DNA of 64,000 nucleotides, taken from the NCBI GenBank assembly GCA_963823665.1, contig CAWGMQ010000006.1, positions 1,440,001-1,504,000 of the forward strand, written 5' to 3'. Below are positions 60,537-64,000 of the stretch, in pieces. Position numbers and translations under genes: made by a program. The notes under the pieces are model-generated. The model was not told the DNA's origin and did not search any database. It was given only the letters and a program-made list of their open reading frames with translations. The DNA is from an uncultured Planctomycetota bacterium (lineage in GTDB: Bacteria; Planctomycetota; Planctomycetia; Isosphaerales; Isosphaeraceae). Every line of letters begins with the position of its first letter. Positions within the stretch are counted from its first letter, which is position 1.

Positions 60537-62936
60537 ATGTCGATGACGCGAGTCTGGAAGTCTTTTCGGTGTTTCCCCGCATTGATTGCACTCATGGCCT
60601 CCGGCGGCGAACCCGCCGGCCGCGGCGCGCCGGGCCCCGGAGCTGAGCCACAACAGCACTCGGAGAACCCAAAGTCGCCGCTGGGGTTTTCGCCGGGCTC
60701 GAGGCGCCGCGCAGCTCGCCGCCGAAGCTCACGCGATTGCCGTGCCAACGCCGGAGAACGCCCGCAAGCTACTGCGCACCATCACGGCCGAGCCCCACGT
60801 CGCCGGCACACCCGCGGATCATAAGCTCGCCATCTTCGTTCGCGACAAGCTCACGGAGTGGGGCTGGAAGGTCGAGATTCAGGAGATGGAGGTTTTGCTC
60901 AACTATCCCTCGGCACCGCCCAGCCTCGCGGTCGAGCGACCCGTCGCCAAAATGCTCTCGCTGGATGAAGCCCCGGTTGTGAACGACAAGGATTCCGCTA
61001 GCACCGCCGCCTTCGGTGCCTTTCATGGATACGGTGTCTCAGGCCAAGCCAAGGGCCAGGTTGTCTACGCGAACTTCGGCCGGCCCGAGGATTTCGAGTC
61101 GCTCGAGAAAATGGGCATCGATGTGAAGGGCAAGATCGTCCTGGTGCGGTACGGCGGGTTGTTCCGCGGTTTGAAAGTTCGAAACGCTCAGACCCGAGGC
61201 GCGGCCGGAATTCTGATTTACTCTGATCCGGCCGATGATGGATTCGCCAAGGGCGATGTTTATCCGGATGGTCCCTTCCGCCCCGCGTCCGCCATTCAGC
61301 GCGGCAGCGTGCAGTTCCTTTCGCTGGGGCCTGGCGACCCGTCGACGCCGTTTGGTCCCTCGGTCAGTGGTGCGAAGCGGTTGCCTTTCGATCGGGATAA
61401 TGGATTCACGTTGCGCACGTCGAGCATTCCGCATAAGGATTATCCGTCAATCGCCGAATGGGAGAAGGAAAGCGGCCTCAAGCGCAGCGAGTATTTTGCG
61501 ACGATCCCCTCTCTCCCGTTGAGCTACGAATCGGCCCACGAGATCTTGGAGCTCCTGGCCGGCCCGAATGTCCCCACGGGTTGGCAGGGTGGTCTGCCAC
61601 TGGCCTACCACGTCGGGCCCGGGCCCGCCGAAATTCAGATGACGGTTTCGATGAATTACGACATCCGCAAAATCTGGAACGTGATCGCGACCATCCCCGG
61701 CACCGTCGAGCCCGATCGCTGGGTGATGGTCGGCAACCACCGCGACGCCTGGGTCTATGGCGCCGTCGACCCCGGCAGCGGTACGGCCGCGACCCTCGAG
61801 ATGTGCCACGCGCTGGGCTCGGCTGTGAAGAACGGATGGAAGCCTCGTCGCACGATCGTCTACGCAAGCTGGGACGCCGAAGAATACGGACTCGTCGGCT
61901 CGACCGAATGGGCCGAGGAACACGCCAAGGAAGTCGATCGAAAAGGTCGTGCTCATGCTCAACGTCGACTCGGCGGTCAGCGGCAAGGAGCTCGAGATGA
62001 GCGGTGTCCCCTCGCTCCGCGACTTGACACTCGATGCGGCCGGGTCGCTCAACGACCCGCGCACCGGCAAGTCTCTGCGAGACTCCTGGTCGAGCACTCA
62101 TCGGTCCGCCTGGGCCGCGACCGCCCCGCTCGTGCTCGCCGATCCGCTCTGGGAGCCGCCGTCCTCCGCAAACGGGACGAGCGGCTCAACCACTCGTGGT
62201 TTCACGCCTCAGATGGGCTGGCTCGGCTCTGGATCGGACTACACGGCCTTTGTCGATCATCTGGGGGTGCCGGTCGTCGACGCCGGATTCAAAGGAAGCT
62301 ATGGTGTTTATCACTCGATCTACGACAATTTCAACTGGATGGAGAAGGTCTGCGACCCCGAGTTCATTTCGCACGCGACGGCTGCCCGGTTCTACACGCT
62401 GATCATCATGCGCGCCGCGGCCGCGCAGGTGGTGCCGCTCACGTTCAAGCCGTACGGCCTGGCGCTTCGCGAGCACGTCGACGAGCTGCGCCGGATGAAG
62501 GCCCACGTCGTTCGCAAGAGTGCCGGCGCCAAGGCCGATGCCAGCATCGATTTCGCCGGTCTGCCCGGGCTGGTCGAAGCCGTTCGCGCGTTTCAGGCCC
62601 AGGCCGAAAAGCTTGACGAGGCGACCGGGAAAGCGGCGTCCTCAGACAGCACTGCCGGCAGCCCTGGCGAAATTGAACGACGCACTTGCGAAAGTGGAGC
62701 GGGCGTTCTTGCTTCCCGATGGCCTGCCCGGCCGCCCGTGGTTCAAGCACGCGGTGTACGCTCCGGGCTTGACCACGGGATATGCGTCCTGGCCGCTGCC
62801 GGCGATTCGTGAAGGGCTCGAGGATGAAAAAACCCCGGACGCGAAGCTGGCGACCCAGGTCGAGCGAACCGTCGAGCGAATCAAGAAGGCGACCGCCGCG
62901 CTCGAAGAAGCACGCCGCTGCGCGAGCCAGCCCTGA
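60537..62936 (+). CDS. Glutamate carboxypeptidase II-like M28 peptidase with PA and TfR-like dimerisation domains (frameshifts near 60705, 61945, 62662)
   Basis: PHVAGT, VVYANFG, IQRGSV, GNHRDAW..GAVDPGSG, SWDAEEYGLVGSTEW, GSGSDY, YHSIYD, GLPGRPWFKH. Confidence 0.93.
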
Positions 62937-62992
62937 GCAGCAGCCCGGTCGAGCCACGTCTCGAACTCGAAAGTCGCACAGGAGCACCCTTG

Positions 62993-64000
62993 ATGAGCCA
63001 CGATTCTGATCTTCGCCGGGGGGCGAAGCTGCCGCGGGTGCTGGGTCCAATCGACGCTTTTTGCGTGGTGGTCGGCTGCACCATCGGCTCCGGCATCTTC
63101 CTGGTGCCGGCGAAGATTGCCCAGGATGTTCCATTTATCAGCGGAATCATCCTGGTCTGGGTGATCGGCGGGGTTTTCAGCGGCGCGGTGCGCTGACACT
63201 CGCCGAGCTGGGCGCGATGATGCCGCAGGCGGGCGGTCTTTATGTGTACTTGCGGGCGGCGTATGGGCCGATGCTCGCGTTTCTGTTCGGGTGGGTCGAG
63301 TTCCTGATCGTGCGCTCGGGCTCGATGGCAACTCTGGCCGCCGCGTTCGCCCGCTACTTCGCGCAGCTTTTCCCGCCGGCTTTCGGGATCGGGCCTGAAG
63401 TGTGGCAGGCCGGGGCCGCGATCTTCGCGATCGCGGTGGTGACCACGGTCAACGTGCTGGGCACGCGCCGCGGCGGAACGCTGCAAGTTGTCGGGACGGT
63501 GCTCAAGGTCGGCGGCGTGGCGATCTTGATGGCGCTGCCGTTCGTGCTCCGCCAGGGCACCCTGGCGAACATGACTCCGGTCTGGCCGGGGGCGGTCTCC
63601 GGCGGCACAATCTTCGCAGGCATGATGGCGGCGATGGTGAGCGTGCTCTGGGCCTACGACGGCTGGACAAACGTCACTCCGCTCGCCGAGGAGATTCGCG
63701 ATCCCGGCCGAAACGTCCCCCGGGCCTTGATCATCGGCATGGGCGTTTTGATCGCGGCTTATGTCGGGATGACCCTTGCTTACCACTACGTCTTGCCGAT
63801 GGAGGAAGTCGCGTCGGCCAGCCGTGATTCGGGCCATATCGAGCGAGCCGCCGCCGCGGTCTATTGCAAGGCGCTGCTGGGCCAGCCCGGTGTCGTCGCG
63901 ATCTCGATCCTGGTGATGTGCTCGACGTTCATCTCGTTGAACGGCAATGCGCTCACCGGCCCGCGAGCCTATTTCGCCATGGCGCGTGACCGGCTATTCC
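62993..64000 (+). CDS. APC family amino-acid permease (frameshift near 63190; runs off the window end)
   Basis: IGSGIF, AELGAMMPQAGGLYVYL, LWAYDGW, EEIRDPGRNVPRA, FAMARD. Confidence 0.92.

Overview
GC-rich bacterial chromosomal segment. The gene content points to Planctomycetota, probably Isosphaeraceae-like (inference): a DUF1559 prepilin protein, three large Hanks-type Ser/Thr kinases (two paired with ECF sigma factors), BlaI/BlaR1-M56, and secreted beta-helix proteins with LERLE-type leaders. I found about 45 protein genes and no rRNA, tRNA, CRISPR array, transposase, integrase or reverse transcriptase. About 20 single-base frameshifts split otherwise intact genes and are most likely long-read consensus errors. 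Best leads: (1) a stand-alone TPR + metallo-beta-lactamase-fold + Zn-ribbon protein (55280-57382), a candidate sensor-nuclease defence protein; (2) a sigma70 promoter, ~80-nt structured leader and strong terminator directly in front of a tandem array of secreted beta-helix genes (43788-47313), a candidate attenuator or sRNA; (3) an ECF/anti-sigma pair with an exactly spaced promoter motif CAAC-N15-GnATTA found three times; (4) two clean in-frame internal deletions, one removing the DKTGT phosphorylation site and N-domain of a P1B-5 ATPase; (5) readable operator doublets for BlaI and TetR, and at least five different REP-like palindrome families. All family names come from motif recognition by eye, not from database searches.
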